DNA from: Hydrolagus colliei
Taxonomy: Eukaryota
Length of the DNA stretch: 64,000 nucleotides
Direction: 5' to 3'
NCBI GenBank assembly: GCA_035084275.1
Contig: CM068746.1
Location: forward strand, 2,294,001-2,358,000
This document shows, piece after piece, positions 37,601-49,995 of the stretch. Position 1 is the stretch's first letter, and every line of letters starts with the position of its first letter. The notes under the pieces were generated by a model, which saw only the letters and a list, made by a program, of their open reading frames with translations, did not search any database and was not told the DNA's origin. The position numbers and the translations under genes were made by a program.

Positions 37601-37776
37601 ATATTTTTAAGCCGTCTTCAGAACTCCACCAATCGCCGAAGTTGGGAAGGGAGAAAGATGGTATATAGTCCATTGTGTTCATTGCCCATATTTTTAAGCC
37701 GTCTTCAGAACTCCACCAATCGCCGAAGTTGGGAAGGGAGAAAGATGGTATATAGTCCATTGTGTTCATTGCCCAT
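37601..37776. repeat. Perfect 87-bp tandem duplication
   Basis: Copies start at 37601 and 37688; gives the repeated peptide in ORF 37488-37961. Confidence 0.96.
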
Positions 37777-39067
37777 GTGATAACTAGCACATCGCAAGTC
37801 AAATGTTCACCCCTCCACCCCCACCCCCAACCTATGATTCTGTGGTTCAGGGTGCAGCATTTGTGAATTTGCAGAAGCTTTGCAAAAAATGAACTTCGCT
37901 TCTTCATCACTTGATGGTGAATTGCATGTATCATGCAGAGTCTCAGGAAATTACTATTCACAAAATGATAGCAACATGGCTCATTAGGTTTCCCGACGGT
38001 TCCTGTTGTGAATGGAATTTGTTGTTTGTGAGCAGGATCCTTTCGTCAGAGAGCTTCCAGCCGAACGTACGGAGGGCACGAACACCAGAGCATCTGTCAG
38101 CTCGCTGACTTGTTACCAACAAGTCAAGCTGAAACCATGGTACTGTTTTTGTTTGTTTGTTTGTCTGTAGTAAGTGGGCTCCGAGCAAATGAATATTTAT
38201 GGTTCTAAGCTGCCATTTTTCATTGTATGTGTTTTGACTCGCGTTCAAAAATGCCGATGAATGAATGAAACTTGCACAGTGAGTTACTTAAAAGTGACAT
38301 GATCCCCACTGTCAGACAGCTTTCAGTGCCTGTGACAAATAAGCGCCTCTACGTAGAGATATTCTTACATTGTCTTATCGGCAATTTTCATATTTGATAA
38401 TAAACGTTCGCAGTCGGCCTTGAAAATGGGGTATATCAACATTCGCGAGTGACCTGCCAACAGAAAGCAGGAATCAAAGGAAAATAGAGGAACGTTTCAA
38501 GATGTAACGAGATTATTTAGTGGTCCTTCTTGTGAATTACCGAATGTTAGATATCGACAGCAATTACTTTGCATTTTTTGTGGCGCCTTTCATGTCGAGA
38601 GAAGTCTCACCTCACAGAGCTCACTTGGAGCCAAAGCCTGGGGTATAGGTAGCTGAAGGAGATGGTGGGGGCGGGGTGGATGACCCAAACATTGGTTGTA
38701 AAGCGAGGCCTCAAAACGGCAAAGGTTTCAAACCCCCCTTAAAACAAGAAATTTCACATGCGACAAAGAGGGATATTCAACAATGAGTATTGGACATTGC
38801 TTCGGTAACTTGATGCAATGATTATTATTAATGACCAAATGTAGGCCAATAAATGTGAGAAATAATGTTAAAGTTAGGCCTAAACTTAGGCTCTTCATTC
38901 CAGAAAGAGTACGACTCAGGGGGGAACTCATAGGGGACCTTAAATAGTTGAGTAAAGTTTTAATTGGAAGTGACAAAGTAAACGCAGATACTTACTTTAG
39001 GATTTTAAAATTCAGAGGCTCTTTTCAAGTAAAAAATTTGATTCACTTTGTAGTTGCCAAGACAATC

Positions 39068-39400
39068 GGATAATAATATAATAATAATAATAATTATTGC
39101 GTTTGATATATCGCTTTACCACATCTTCTAGATGTCTCAAAGCGCTTCACAGTTGACTGTATATTTGTGGATGAATTAGGTTGTTTGTTCAAAGTTTCTA
39201 CTGGAACTCTCTTGACCGACCATCCTCCAGATAATTTGATCAATCACTTTATGACCGATTGTGGGACCCAACTGACACAAATGCCACACTTACATAGTAA
39301 CACCACACTCAACAATAGTTACCTGGGTGGTGTCAGCTTTGAGACGTCGATAAGACGTGGAAAGAGCTATATAAATGTAATGATTATTATTATTATTATC
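39068..39400. mobile_element. Back-to-back SINE tails (minus 39068-39170, plus 39335-39400)
   Basis: Tail consensus on both strands. Confidence 0.75.
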
Positions 39401-41211
39401 GGGCAAAGAGGCTAGAGAAATGCAAACGCTTTCAATTCCTTTCATTTGCTTCACGGTACAATAGCAGAGGGGGGAAACTCCTCTAACCGTTAACCATTGC
39501 CGAGTACTGTAACCTTGTACAACTGAACGCAATTGCCTCGAGCAGGAGGAAGTCACACTGGGAAGTCAAGCCTATGATCTGACAAGCCAAAGGTCAGCTA
39601 TTTTTTCAGATCAGCAATATGGCTAGTCACTCCTGGAAGCCGTCCGTACTGTGTCCCAGTATCATAACAATATACAGGACATAATAACTGCACTCTGAGA
39701 GAACCTGTGCTAAGCTGTGGCACACTGGCCCAGGGCCAGGCCGCGCGCGCTGAGTTAACTCAGTCAACTAATATTGATATTTCATTTGGACAGCGGGAGT
39801 TCGAAAAACAATATTTGACAAGAACTGGATTAACTGTGATTTCCAGCTGGTGAATATTGCGTTTTCCACCCTTTCTTTAATTCCGCTTTCTAATTATTGC
39901 CACAGACGTAGCTGCTTAAAAAGAACATTCGGATCCAACGCACTCCGATCACTTTACTCCGTTGCGTTTTTGTTTTCTAGCACTCGCCTAGAAACGTGAA
40001 ATGCCCGCTGGAACTCTCAGCGGATTGTTTAGTTAGCGACTAGTTTGACGTCTGCTCTGAGAGGGAGGTTGTGAAAATGAGATGTCCACGGAGATGGATG
40101 ATCCTGTTTTGCAAGCTTATACTCAAGTATAAAGTGATCAAGTAGATCATGGTTAGTTTATATTCTCCCGTATAATCCCTCTGGAATGCAATTTCCCGTC
40201 TTGGGTGCAACGCACTCGACTGTTTGGCATCTTAGGGATGTCCTCTTGATTTGAAAGGCATTATATAAATGTGATTTGTTGTTTTCGTTGTTCGGAATAA
40301 GCTCAACATCTGAGATAATCCTGAAGCAAACAACTTAATCTCACAGAATGTCTTCTGCATCGGAAAATATCTCAAAGCAGGTTTCGTATCACAAAATACT
40401 TTACGCTGCGTCTAATCTTAGTAATCTTATTTGTAAATCTGTGCTTATGAAACTCTTTTGACATTCATACATTATCTGTTCAATTTTGGCACAGTTTCAC
40501 ATATTGTTGTAGGAATATGCTCCAACATTATAGTCTTGTTCTACATATCTTGATAAGATTCTCTGAAGACAAATGTAAGATCCTCATTCCATATTTTGAA
40601 GCCGAGTTGCTTCTGGAACATTATTTTTTTAATTGTTCTGTATTACTGACACATTATAGTTTTTTTTAAATAGTATTAATTCATATTCCAAGCTATAGTA
40701 GGTTCTGATTTAACAATATTTCTTTATGGGATTCAAGTCCCTCAAACGGGGATTCCATCCAGCAACTAAAAGTTCATAATGTTGACCCACAAAATATTAA
40801 CACCAATAATATCAATAATAATAATAATAAAAAACATATACAGCTGCAATGGAGTTCAGTCTGTTCAACAAGAATTCTATCAGGATTGTGTAAAATGTCA
40901 GCAATATTGCAAGGAAAATTGTCAGGCTGCCTTACATTGAAAGATATCCCTCTATCAGAAACCAGAAATCTATTGTTATTGTATTTCTGTGTTTCTAAAT
41001 CCCTCTTCCCTGTCATGTTTTATTTCTGTTTCTTCCCCTCTTAGAGTGGGACGTGGAGCTCAGTGCATGGAAAGTAAGGATTTATGGTGAAAACTTTGGG
41101 GGTATTTTTTTTTAAGTTAGCTGAGAAAGTTTCCAAACACTCCAAATACAAAGGCAAACTTTTCATATAGAATCAGTAGCTGTTTGAAAACTCAGTACCG
41201 TGAGTGAGACA

Positions 41212-41535
41212 GCAATGTTTATATAGCGCATGTTAGGCGGGAGGAGGACAAGGCGAAGGGATTGGGGGAGAGAGTTCCAGTGCTTTTGGGGGCATAGTAT
41301 CTGAAAGCACGTCTGCCGATGGCAGAGCTGAGGGTTTGAGGGATGAACAGGAGCCTGCAGCTGGCTGAACGGAGGCAGTGAGTGGTGGAGTGGGGTTGAG
41401 CAACTTGGAAAGGTAGGGAGGTGGGAGGGCATGAAGGGATTCGAAAACGAGAGACAGGATCTTGAAGTCGATCCACTCGGAAGTTGGGAGCCAGTGTAGG
41501 CTGGGCAATGACCTGGGTATGATAGGGGTAGGGAG
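41212..41535 (-). mobile_element. L2 ORF2 C-terminal fragment
   Basis: SLHWLPTSEWIDFKILSLVFESLHALPPPYLSKLL; GRRAFRYYAP; WNSLPQSLR. Confidence 0.9.
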
Positions 41536-42347
41536 TTTTTTGCGGATTTGTATCCGGGCAGTAGAGTTCTGAATTCATTGCAATAAAAGGCATTTCCAAA
41601 TACCGAACAATTACTATTTAAAAAAAAATCTTTGGCTTTAATTGCACAATCAATGGAAATGCAATAGTGTATTTTTTTAATGGTTTCTGGACACAACTAA
41701 GAGAAGTAGGTGCCAGAGACTGACGGTGTCCTAATTCAAATGAAAAATATCCAACACTGCGTCTGCACAAAAGAAATGAGCTCAGCTGAAGGGCTTAGAA
41801 GAAAGCGAGAGACTCCTGGGACTATTTCTCTTTATATCTGGTGACCAGTCAGGTAAGACAATTGCAGTGGAGACAAAGGTTCAGCGAAAGGTTTTAGATT
41901 TAAGGGTACGTCAGGTTTAAAGGTACATTGCCGATGCAGAATGTATCAGATCAGGTAAATGTACGATAGAAACACAGAAATGAAGAGACCATTGGCTAGA
42001 AGAGTTTTGAAGCGCAGTCTGATGTGGACCACCGCTCATAGCTTTGGAATGTACAGTTCTGACCAATTCTTCCACAGACCATCACGTTAAGAGACAGAAC
42101 TAGACAGGTTCCGTTAACCACGGCTGTTAGCTACAAATAAGTGGGTGGAAAGATTCACGAGAATTTCTCTAAAGAAAACATTGCTTGCCAGCATAATGGT
42201 TTCCTTCGGACCTTTTTTTCTGACGAACATTTAGCTGGTTAATTGACCTAAATTTGTGGAAACTTGAATGCGATGGTGTAAGTTTCGCCAGAAAGAGACT
42301 TTAACCCAATACAGTTGGTGTGGATTACAAATCTTTCAATACGTCAA

Positions 42348-42492
42348 AAACAACAACGACAACTTGGATTTATATAACGCCCTCCACTCCGGACGGCGTC
42401 TCAGAGCGCTTCCCACTAATGGATCCCGGGACAGAGAAGTGGAGGGATTTGAAAACAAGAGTAAGAATCCCGAAATCGATCCTCTCCAGGCC
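42348..42492 (-). mobile_element. L2 tail (second family) joined to an ORF2 fragment
   Basis: Tail AGCGCTCTGAGACGCCGTCCGGAGTGGAGGGCG; ERIDFGILTLVFKSLH peptide. Confidence 0.8.
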
Positions 42493-42631
42493 ATCAAATT
42501 TCAAAGAGGAATAATACTTTTGAGAAAGCAGGAATGAAGGCAAATCGCTGATAAAGAAACATCTTTATTACTAAAAAAAAGTAATCGTCTACGAACTATT
42601 ATATTTGATTGCTGGTTACTAAGGTGTAAAT

Positions 42632-42985
42632 TTAACTCAGCCTGACCCAAATTCATAGCCCTTACAAACTTGTCAGTCAAAAGCTTTGTGGGTTCAAGCC
42701 CCACCGACTCGACTTTGAACTCGCCAATCCATGACAAAACTCGATTACAGTTGCTGGAGGGAGATGTGCTGGATTGTTGGAGATAATGTCTTTCAGGTGA
42801 GATATTAATCTAAGGTGCCTGTCGAGGAGGATGTTAAAGATCCCATGATATGCTGTTCAAAAAGAGAAGGGGGTTTCTTTTTTTTTGCAGAAATAGGAAA
42901 GGAATTATTTCGCTGTATTTCGCTGGGCAAAAATAATTCCTTTCGCATTTCTGCAAAAAAAAACACGAAACTAGATCAGAGTGCA
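42632..42985 (+). mobile_element. DeuSINE-like element containing a hairpin
   Basis: GTGGGTTCAAGCCCCAC...GTCTTTCAGGTGAGATATTAA...GGATGTTAAAGATCCCATG. Confidence 0.75.
42878..42963. repeat. 33-bp inverted repeat with 20-nt loop
   Basis: 42878-42910 pairs with 42931-42963 at 31/33 positions. Confidence 0.93.
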
Positions 42986-43124
42986 AACAAATAAATAGTC
43001 TATTCCCCATATAATGTGTACCCCAATAAGTCCATACCGAGGGTGGCTTTCCGTAAGAGAAAGAAGCAGCCACTAGTGCAGGCAGAAGAAAGAGAAAGGA
43101 AATCTCTACTGTATTGTATTAATA

Positions 43125-43320
43125 GCGGAAACATTTGATATAGCGCCTTTCCATGCCTTCGAGATGTTGCAAAGCTCTTCACAGAATATACTATGAAGTG
43201 AATTTGACAACCAGGTTCCTATGCACTGCTGGATAAACAGAGGCTTGTGGAGTAAGGAAACTTGCCCAACTCGCTGGGAATCGAACCCAGGTCTCTCACA
43301 ACACTCGCTAACCATTGGCT
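43125..43320 (-). mobile_element. Short variant tRNA-SINE
   Basis: Head, block GCCTCTGTTTATCCAGCAGTGCATAGGAACCTGG, then tail; the central body is missing. Confidence 0.8.
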
Positions 43321-44163
43321 CTATTCTCTTGCCAATTTTCAAATACCTTAATGCCAAAAATCGTGCCCGAAAACTAACCACTGGAGAATCCATCTCGTTC
43401 GTTAATTCTTTTCAAACGAGTTTGAAAGTTTCACCCCCTTTCAAGGACAACTAATGCGAGCCTTTCTCTCTCTCGTAAGAGTTTCCGACGCTTCTCTCAA
43501 ACATATCCATTTCAGTTTGCAGCAGGAATTTGTTATCACCGTCCACAGTGGATCAAATATAGATCCTGCAAACACAAAAGGTAAGTAAACATTCAGATAC
43601 CTGAATTTAATTTGCCTTTGGTGAACTAATCCAGCATCTGATTCTATTAAAGTTCTGCTGTTTAAACACTTTTAAATTAGGAATTTGTAATGTCGCTACA
43701 ATTTACACAGATGGCTGTGATATATTAAATATTCATGGGGCTAAAATATCCAACACTTTTCAATATTTGAAAGAGACCAAACTAATCAGAATTTTGTGCA
43801 TAATAACTCTGACTCATTCTGTTTTGATTTATATTAATTTTCAAACTAATTGTGGAGAAGAACTACTGTATATGCTCATGCTTCTGGTTGCAAAGAACTG
43901 TTATTTATGAACGGTAATTGAATAAATGGAATACACATGAACATTTAACACATATAAGAAAAACACTTTGCTTTTTTCTTTATTGAATAATTGCTGTCTG
44001 AACTATCTAACCTTCGTGTAATAGATGTTAAAACCTTTACAGCTGTCAACCATGTTAGAGCTTTGTTTCCAGGGCAAATAGAAGTTTTTACAAAAAAAAT
44101 CTCAGTTAAACATTTCAATATTCTGTGCTTTGCATAGCTTCTTTCACGTTGTGAGGACATGTA

Positions 44164-44795
44164 TCATAGAATCTTACAGCACAAAAGGAGGCCATTTGTC
44201 CCATCGACTCTGTGCCAAATGTAGTACTGGAACCAGTGGAATACTCTGCCAAGAGCAATGGTTGAAGAAGAGCCACATTAGCTTTCGAGAGTGAACTCGA
44301 TAGATATCTTTGAAAGGATTAACATTTAAAAAATACAGGGAATAGGCAGGTTAGTGGGAATGTATTGATCTTTCAGGGGCTCCTGTGGTTCAGTGGTTCG
44401 AGCACTATTTTTTGCAAGCTGGGGAGACCAAGGTGGGGAGACCTGTGTTCGAATCCAGGCAGGTCAGGGCCAAAACTTGGGCAAGTTTCCTTACTCCACA
44501 CACACACGCCTAATAATAATCCCTCCAAAAAAAACCACAATAATAAAATTGGTCATTTCAATCCACAACTGTTTGTGGGGACGCTGCTGTGTGCAATTGG
44601 CTGCCGCGATTCGTCCACAAATACACAGTCAATTCACTTTACAATATATTCTGTGAAGCGTTTTGAGACATCGATAAGATGTGAAAAGTGCTATATCAAA
44701 TGCAAGGATTATTATTATTATTATTATTTCCAAGAACCATCAAAGACACGAAGAGCCGAATGCCATTCTTCTGGACTGTGTAGGGCTGTGACTAA
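44164..44795. mobile_element. CR1 3' ends (minus 44164-44217; plus about 44235-44375 and 44728-44795)
   Basis: CATAGAATCTTACAGCACAAAAGGAGGCCAT; WNTLPRAMVE-like peptide; continuation after the SINE. Confidence 0.75.
44376..44727 (+). mobile_element. Full-length tRNA-SINE (14-bp-duplication subfamily) inserted in CR1
   Basis: B box GTTCGAATCC; AAGCTGGGGAGACCAAGGTGGGGAGACC; (TAT)n. Confidence 0.95.
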
Positions 44796-46501
44796 TAGTT
44801 AAATTCCAAGGCTTTTGATTTGCAATTGCTGCTGTTGTTCAGGGGGATTTCATGGCTTAGTCTAATGTCACTGTTTCCAAATCACCCAGAATAATGGACT
44901 TCACGACAATGGAAATTCCATTGTCAGTGTGTAGACTTGAGCCACTCCGGAGATGCACTTGTTATGAAGCTGGTGTTTCTGCTGAAAATATCAAACAGCA
45001 CGACAGAGAGGCAGTTGTGTAATAAGACTTGTGACCCTCCCCACAAGCTACTATCCACCAATTTTTAAAGATGAAGTCTTATCGGCAGAAAATAGCCAAT
45101 ATTCTGATACTCAGGATATGAAAGAAAGCCAGAGAGAGAGAGAGAAAGAGAGAGATTTAGCTGAGTGGGCCTTCCTTCTTAGAACAAGAACAACAATAAA
45201 ATTACATTTGTATATAGTGCCTTTCAGGTCGGGAAATCTTTCATGACGATCTTCATGAACAAAAGTTTTCAGCAAAGCCATTTTCCCTATCCTCAATTTA
45301 GAGGATTTTAGGAATTAATCTAATCTACATGTATGCGTTTGTGTGTATGTCCGTGTGCTTGCGTGTGTGTATATGAGCATGTGGTTTATACACATTTTAG
45401 AATAGAAGTACTGGCTTCTTTAATTTGCAACATGCATCAGTCATATCAAATTTGATGGGCTTTGAGTAAGAAAGAATTAAAAGTAGAATTTTTCAATTTA
45501 CGTTGAATTCAATCCAGCAAACTTTCCAAATTAATACCACTAAGCTAAACATTAATTAGTTCTGAAGGTGGTGCAGAGCTGTATTTGAAGAACAGTGTTT
45601 ATTTCAACAAAACTGTGTGTGGTGTGGGGGTGGTGGTGGTGCGGGGGGAGAGTTTGAGGAGTCAAAACTGCATTTTAAACAGAATTTTTCACTCTCTATA
45701 AAAATTCCAAATGAAACAAAAGAAAGAAACTGATATTTTCTGCCCTCTTCAATGTTACTGTCTAAAAACACCCTTTTGTATTCCACTGTTTCAGTTCTCT
45801 GCCGATTTGACCTACAAACATCTGTAGCCAGCAGTCCTGAAGAACGTAGGAGATGATATTGACTTTGAGATTCATGTCACTTCTGGACGAACCAAGGGTA
45901 TATTGTACTTAAGCTACCTGTACGGCTGAGTTTTGAGATATGATATACTGAAAAGGAGCGTATTGCTGTAGTTTAAGTTATTTCGCAAAATGCACTAGAC
46001 CGGAGAAAGTATGAGACAGAATGGGGTTAAGTCACTGGGGCTTATTTCAGCCAAATTTTGCTGGCTGTGAACAAATCGGGGGGAAAAAAAAGAGAAGCCG
46101 AGGTATTATACCATACTGTTTAAACATAGAGTAATCATGTCATCTCTTCAAAATGGCAGATTTTCTCACCTACTCCTGTGAAAGATTCAGCAGAGAGAGA
46201 ATGTAACCCTCAACAGAACATTGGACACTGTCATGGTTCCCAAGGCAATACATTAGAGGAGCTATGTCTTGCTGATGAAATCTTTTCACAGCGCAGAAAC
46301 ATTCTGGAAATGAAGGAGAACTGTTGTGCCTGTAGCTGATACCAGACTCAGGTTCTATCATTTCTGACCATTTCTAGTGATTTGCATTTTAGGCGAATGT
46401 TGGTGCATTTAAAAAATATATATTATAGCTCAGAAATCAGTCATTACTTTATATTAATTTTCTCAAGTGATGCAATTAGGGCCATTGGTATTTTATCCCT
46501 C

Positions 46502-46502
<1 letters not shown>

Positions 46503-46557
<55 letters not shown>
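46503..46557. repeat. (ACTA)n microsatellite
   Basis: About 13 units. Confidence 0.97.
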
Positions 46558-46558
<1 letters not shown>

Positions 46559-46572
46559 CTAGCTGAGATGCT

Positions 46573-46643
46573 TTAGCCCTCTGAGACACCGTCCGGCGTG
46601 GAGGGCGCGATATGAATCCAAGTTGTTGATGTGTTGTTGCTGT
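46573..46643 (+). mobile_element. Solo L2 tail (second family)
   Basis: CTCTGAGACACCGTCCGGCGTGGAGGGCGC...AATCCAAGTTGTTG; matches the 42348 copy. Confidence 0.8.
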
Positions 46644-47257
46644 TATCTCAACAAACTGAAGGAGAATGCAAATAAATACGGCTTGTATATTGATTAGCGA
46701 TATCCAAATGGCATTATGTACAGTAGCGTTTCTGATCACTGTCATCACATGCTTGAAAACATGTCAATCTTAAATGCCCCGCCAACTCCTAATCCAGTAA
46801 TATATGTTTCACTGTGTTAGAATCCCAAAACTTTCTACCTAATTTTTGTGTAAAGTAGAATGGAAACATGGACATAATCCATTTTTGTTACAAAACAATG
46901 TTTTAATTCATGATCTGGTTGCCCAATGTTTTTTCCCTGCGCAAATGAAGCTATTAATTTTTAAAAAATTATCTTGATGTTGCGTAATATTGCATAACCT
47001 ATATATTCGATAAGATCTCTTCAAGAGGATGTTTCAATTTCTACATGTTCACCATGAATTGTTCCTTTGACCATTCACACTTCGTGAAATTGCTGAAAGT
47101 GAATACCCTCTGCACCTATTCTTGGCGCACTATTAAGTCAGAAGCAACGTGTTTGTTGAAGAATGTCCCACACTCAAGTGATCTGAGTTTGCAGTGTGAA
47201 TTGAAGCATCCTGTGTGTTGTGTTGTTCTTGGCATACGATAGATGCATCGTGAGAAA

Positions 47258-47710
47258 ATATATCGGGAGAGGCTGGAGAAGATGGGATTATTCTCCTTGG
47301 AGCAGATGAGGTTAAGAGGAGAATTAATAGAAGTTTGCAAACTTATGGGGGGATTTGATACGGTGAACGAGGAGAAACTATTTCCACTGGTGAGTGGGTC
47401 GGTAACTCGAGGACATCAACATAAAATAGTTGTTAAAAGAGAACAGAGGGGAGGTGCATAGAGTAGTTTTCAGGCAGCGAATTGTTCAGATCTGGAATGC
47501 ATTGCCTGAAAGGGTAGTGGAAGCCAATCCGATATCTCTTTTATGATAGAAGTAGATTGTTATTTGGGTATGATTGGAGATTTGCAGGGCTATGGGAAGA
47601 AAGTGGGGAAGTGGGATTGATTTGGACAGCTCTCTTCTTCAAAGAGCCGGCACAGACAAGTTGAACTCAATGGTCTCCTTCTTTGCTGTGTAATTCTATG
47701 ACATATGATA
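47258..47710 (+). mobile_element. CR1 LINE 3' fragment (ORF2 C-terminus plus 3' UTR)
   Basis: YRERLEKMGLFSLEQMRLRGELIEVCKLMGGFD...TRGH; ATTCTATGA tail. Confidence 0.95.
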
Positions 47711-48112
47711 TTGCTAAGCTTTAGCAGCGTGAAACATATATTTGTAATATATTTTGCAGAAATCTCATCAGAACAGCTGGCTGAGGGCGAGGGCAATGCT
47801 CATTGAATGGAGCATGGAGCGGGTGGCTGAACGGTACAGTTAAGTTCATTCTGATGATGTATCAGATATTTTACTTTACCAGGGTGTGTAGAACGCTTTA
47901 TATTTTATAAGTGAGGTGATGAAATAAAGCGCTGGGGGCAGATCTCTTTTCCACATGTTTGCAGAGGAAGCAGGCAGTATATCATGATAATGTAAGGCAG
48001 GATTTTATTAACAGGGATTCACTTTTTCTCACTCAAATCCAGGCAAGAAATATAATTAATCAGCAATGGAAGAAATATAAAATGTTACTACATATACTCT
48101 TGTCCCTACCTG

Positions 48113-48181
48113 AGTGTACAGCACCTTGGGACGTCCTCTCGACGTGAAAGGCGTTATATATAAATGTAAGTTGTTTTTTTG

Positions 48182-48223
<42 letters not shown>
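48113..48223 (+). mobile_element. Solo L2 tail followed by (GATT)n
   Basis: GCACCTTGGGACGTCCTCTCGACGTGAAAGGCG; about 10 GATT units at 48182-48223. Confidence 0.88.
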
Positions 48224-48224
<1 letters not shown>

Positions 48225-49064
48225 ATGAATTTGGTGCTGGAATTTTTACCTCTACGCGAGCCATCCAATTTAATCACATTCTTCTGTTTCCTCAGTCGGC
48301 CTGTCACCTCACGGCTATTTGTTGGACATTGAAGTGTGTGCAAATTGGCAGAGCAAAGTTTGCCTTACAAAACACACGTCACAGTTAAACCATAGAGAAG
48401 CACTTTGAGATGTCTTTCTCAAAAGGTCCTGTATCAACTTTAAGGAATATTATGAGAGGGATTTATTTGGACTTATTTGGATCATAGCCATTCATAATCA
48501 GTGGCTGATATGTGGAGACAGACATGGTTTGACGTGAGTAGGTGAAAAGGCCCTAGTTCTGAATTCAAATTCAAATTGATGGAATTGTTGCCACGTGGCC
48601 TTGTACGTAGGTGGGACAGATTAGCAGTTTAATGCTCAAGGTGAGAAGATAGGATCACGAAAAAGTCATTCAGCCCCTTGCAGAGTTCCCAGTGATGACC
48701 TCAATCTAATTTTTTTTTTAAAAAACGCGTGTAATGGGAAAAAATTCACACATATATTACATTGATCTTTGGAATGTGACATTTAATTAGATATTAAGTA
48801 TTTAGCCCCCAAGCAAATGTTCAAAACCTTAAGTAAAGATGGATTTTTTTCTCAGTCCATGTTTTGCAAAGAGTTTCTATTCAAAGAACAAGATTTTTTT
48901 CCCTCTGGTCCTATTTTTCACATCACACGTTCTGACTTGTTATATTTGCAACAAAGGGGTGGGGAAGGGTAAAATGAAGCTTCTAAAAGGTGCGAAGAAA
49001 GTCTGAGAGGAAAACATGATCTCCCCCACATATAATATCCATTTCAGTCTCCAGCTGGTTCTCT

Positions 49065-49275
49065 ACATAGATTTACATAGACATGGAAACAGGCCATTTG
49101 ACTCACCCAGTTTGTGCTGTTATTTATAATCCACGAGTCTCCTTATTCTCCCTCATATCTCTCTATCCTCTTGTCCCTAATTGTCCATATCTAGCTTCCT
49201 CTTAAATGTATCTACACAATGTGTTTCAATTACTGCTTTGGGAAGTGAGTTCCATATTCTCACTACCCTCTGCAT
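49065..49275 (-). mobile_element. Old CR1 3' end
   Basis: ACATAGATTTAC...GAAACAGGCCATT...GAGTTCCATATTCTCACTACCCTCTG. Confidence 0.8.
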
Positions 49276-49276
49276 A

Positions 49277-49446
49277 ATAACAATAATAATAATAATAATC
49301 TTTGCATTTGATATAGAGTTTATAGTGGGATTATTATTAGGATTGTGGAGCAAGGAAACTTGCCCACGTTTTCGCCCTGCTGGGAATCAAACCCAGGTCC
49401 CACGCTTATAAGGCGAGTGCTCTAACTACTGAGCTACAGAAGCTCC
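49277..49446 (-). mobile_element. Internally deleted tRNA-SINE
   Basis: Head and extreme tail retained; middle absent. Confidence 0.85.
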
Positions 49447-49659
49447 ATATGATTCAACTTGGAAAATAAAGGAAATAAAACTTCAAAAAGAATGATCCGT
49501 TTTGAGAGATTTAATATTTTTAACAAGAAATGCAAACCAGAAAGTTGCAAAATTGTTGCCCTGAAGTGATTTATTGAACGGCTGAGGTAAAAACACAGGA
49601 TACAGTACAGTAGGCACAGTACAGTGTGATACAGTACAGTAGGCAGTAATCCTTCCGTT

Positions 49660-49995
49660 TGATATCGTGCTGAAATGTCTCAAAAGGGTTTCACAGGAAA
49701 TTGTGGGTCAAACATAGTGACTCTGTGTTTATATCCAAATACCGCTGGCAGGTTTCACACAACAAGATTCCCACACACAGCAAAGCAAAGGGAATGAGCA
49801 ATTATTTGGAAGATCGATTGCCAGGACATGGGAGAAACTCTCTTTTTTCTTTCTGAGTCATCTCATGAAATTTTAATGTCCACCTGAGCAGGCAGATAGA
49901 AAGTTGAGTTAACTTTCCGTCTGAAGGATGTAATTTGGCCCCTATTATTGTCCTGGAATATTAGTGTCAGCCTTGACAGTTGAGGCTTGAACCTT
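49660..49995 (-). mobile_element. DeuSINE-like element (decayed)
   Basis: CCAGGACATGGGAGAAACTC...AATGTCCACCTGAGCAGGCAGA...AGTGTCAGCC. Confidence 0.65.

Noticed and set aside
37488-37961. 157-aa ORF with internal repeat
   Set aside because: Its length is inflated by the in-frame 87-bp duplication; no recognisable domain.
39470-39750. Possible unclassified ancient repeat with CGCGCGCG patch
   Set aside because: No second copy or diagnostic termini in the window; it cannot be named or supported without a database search.
44365-44802. Recurrent ORF family (IGHFNPRLFVGTLLCAIGCR / ISIHDCLW)
   Set aside because: These are translations of the SINE body in different frames and strands, not a gene family.
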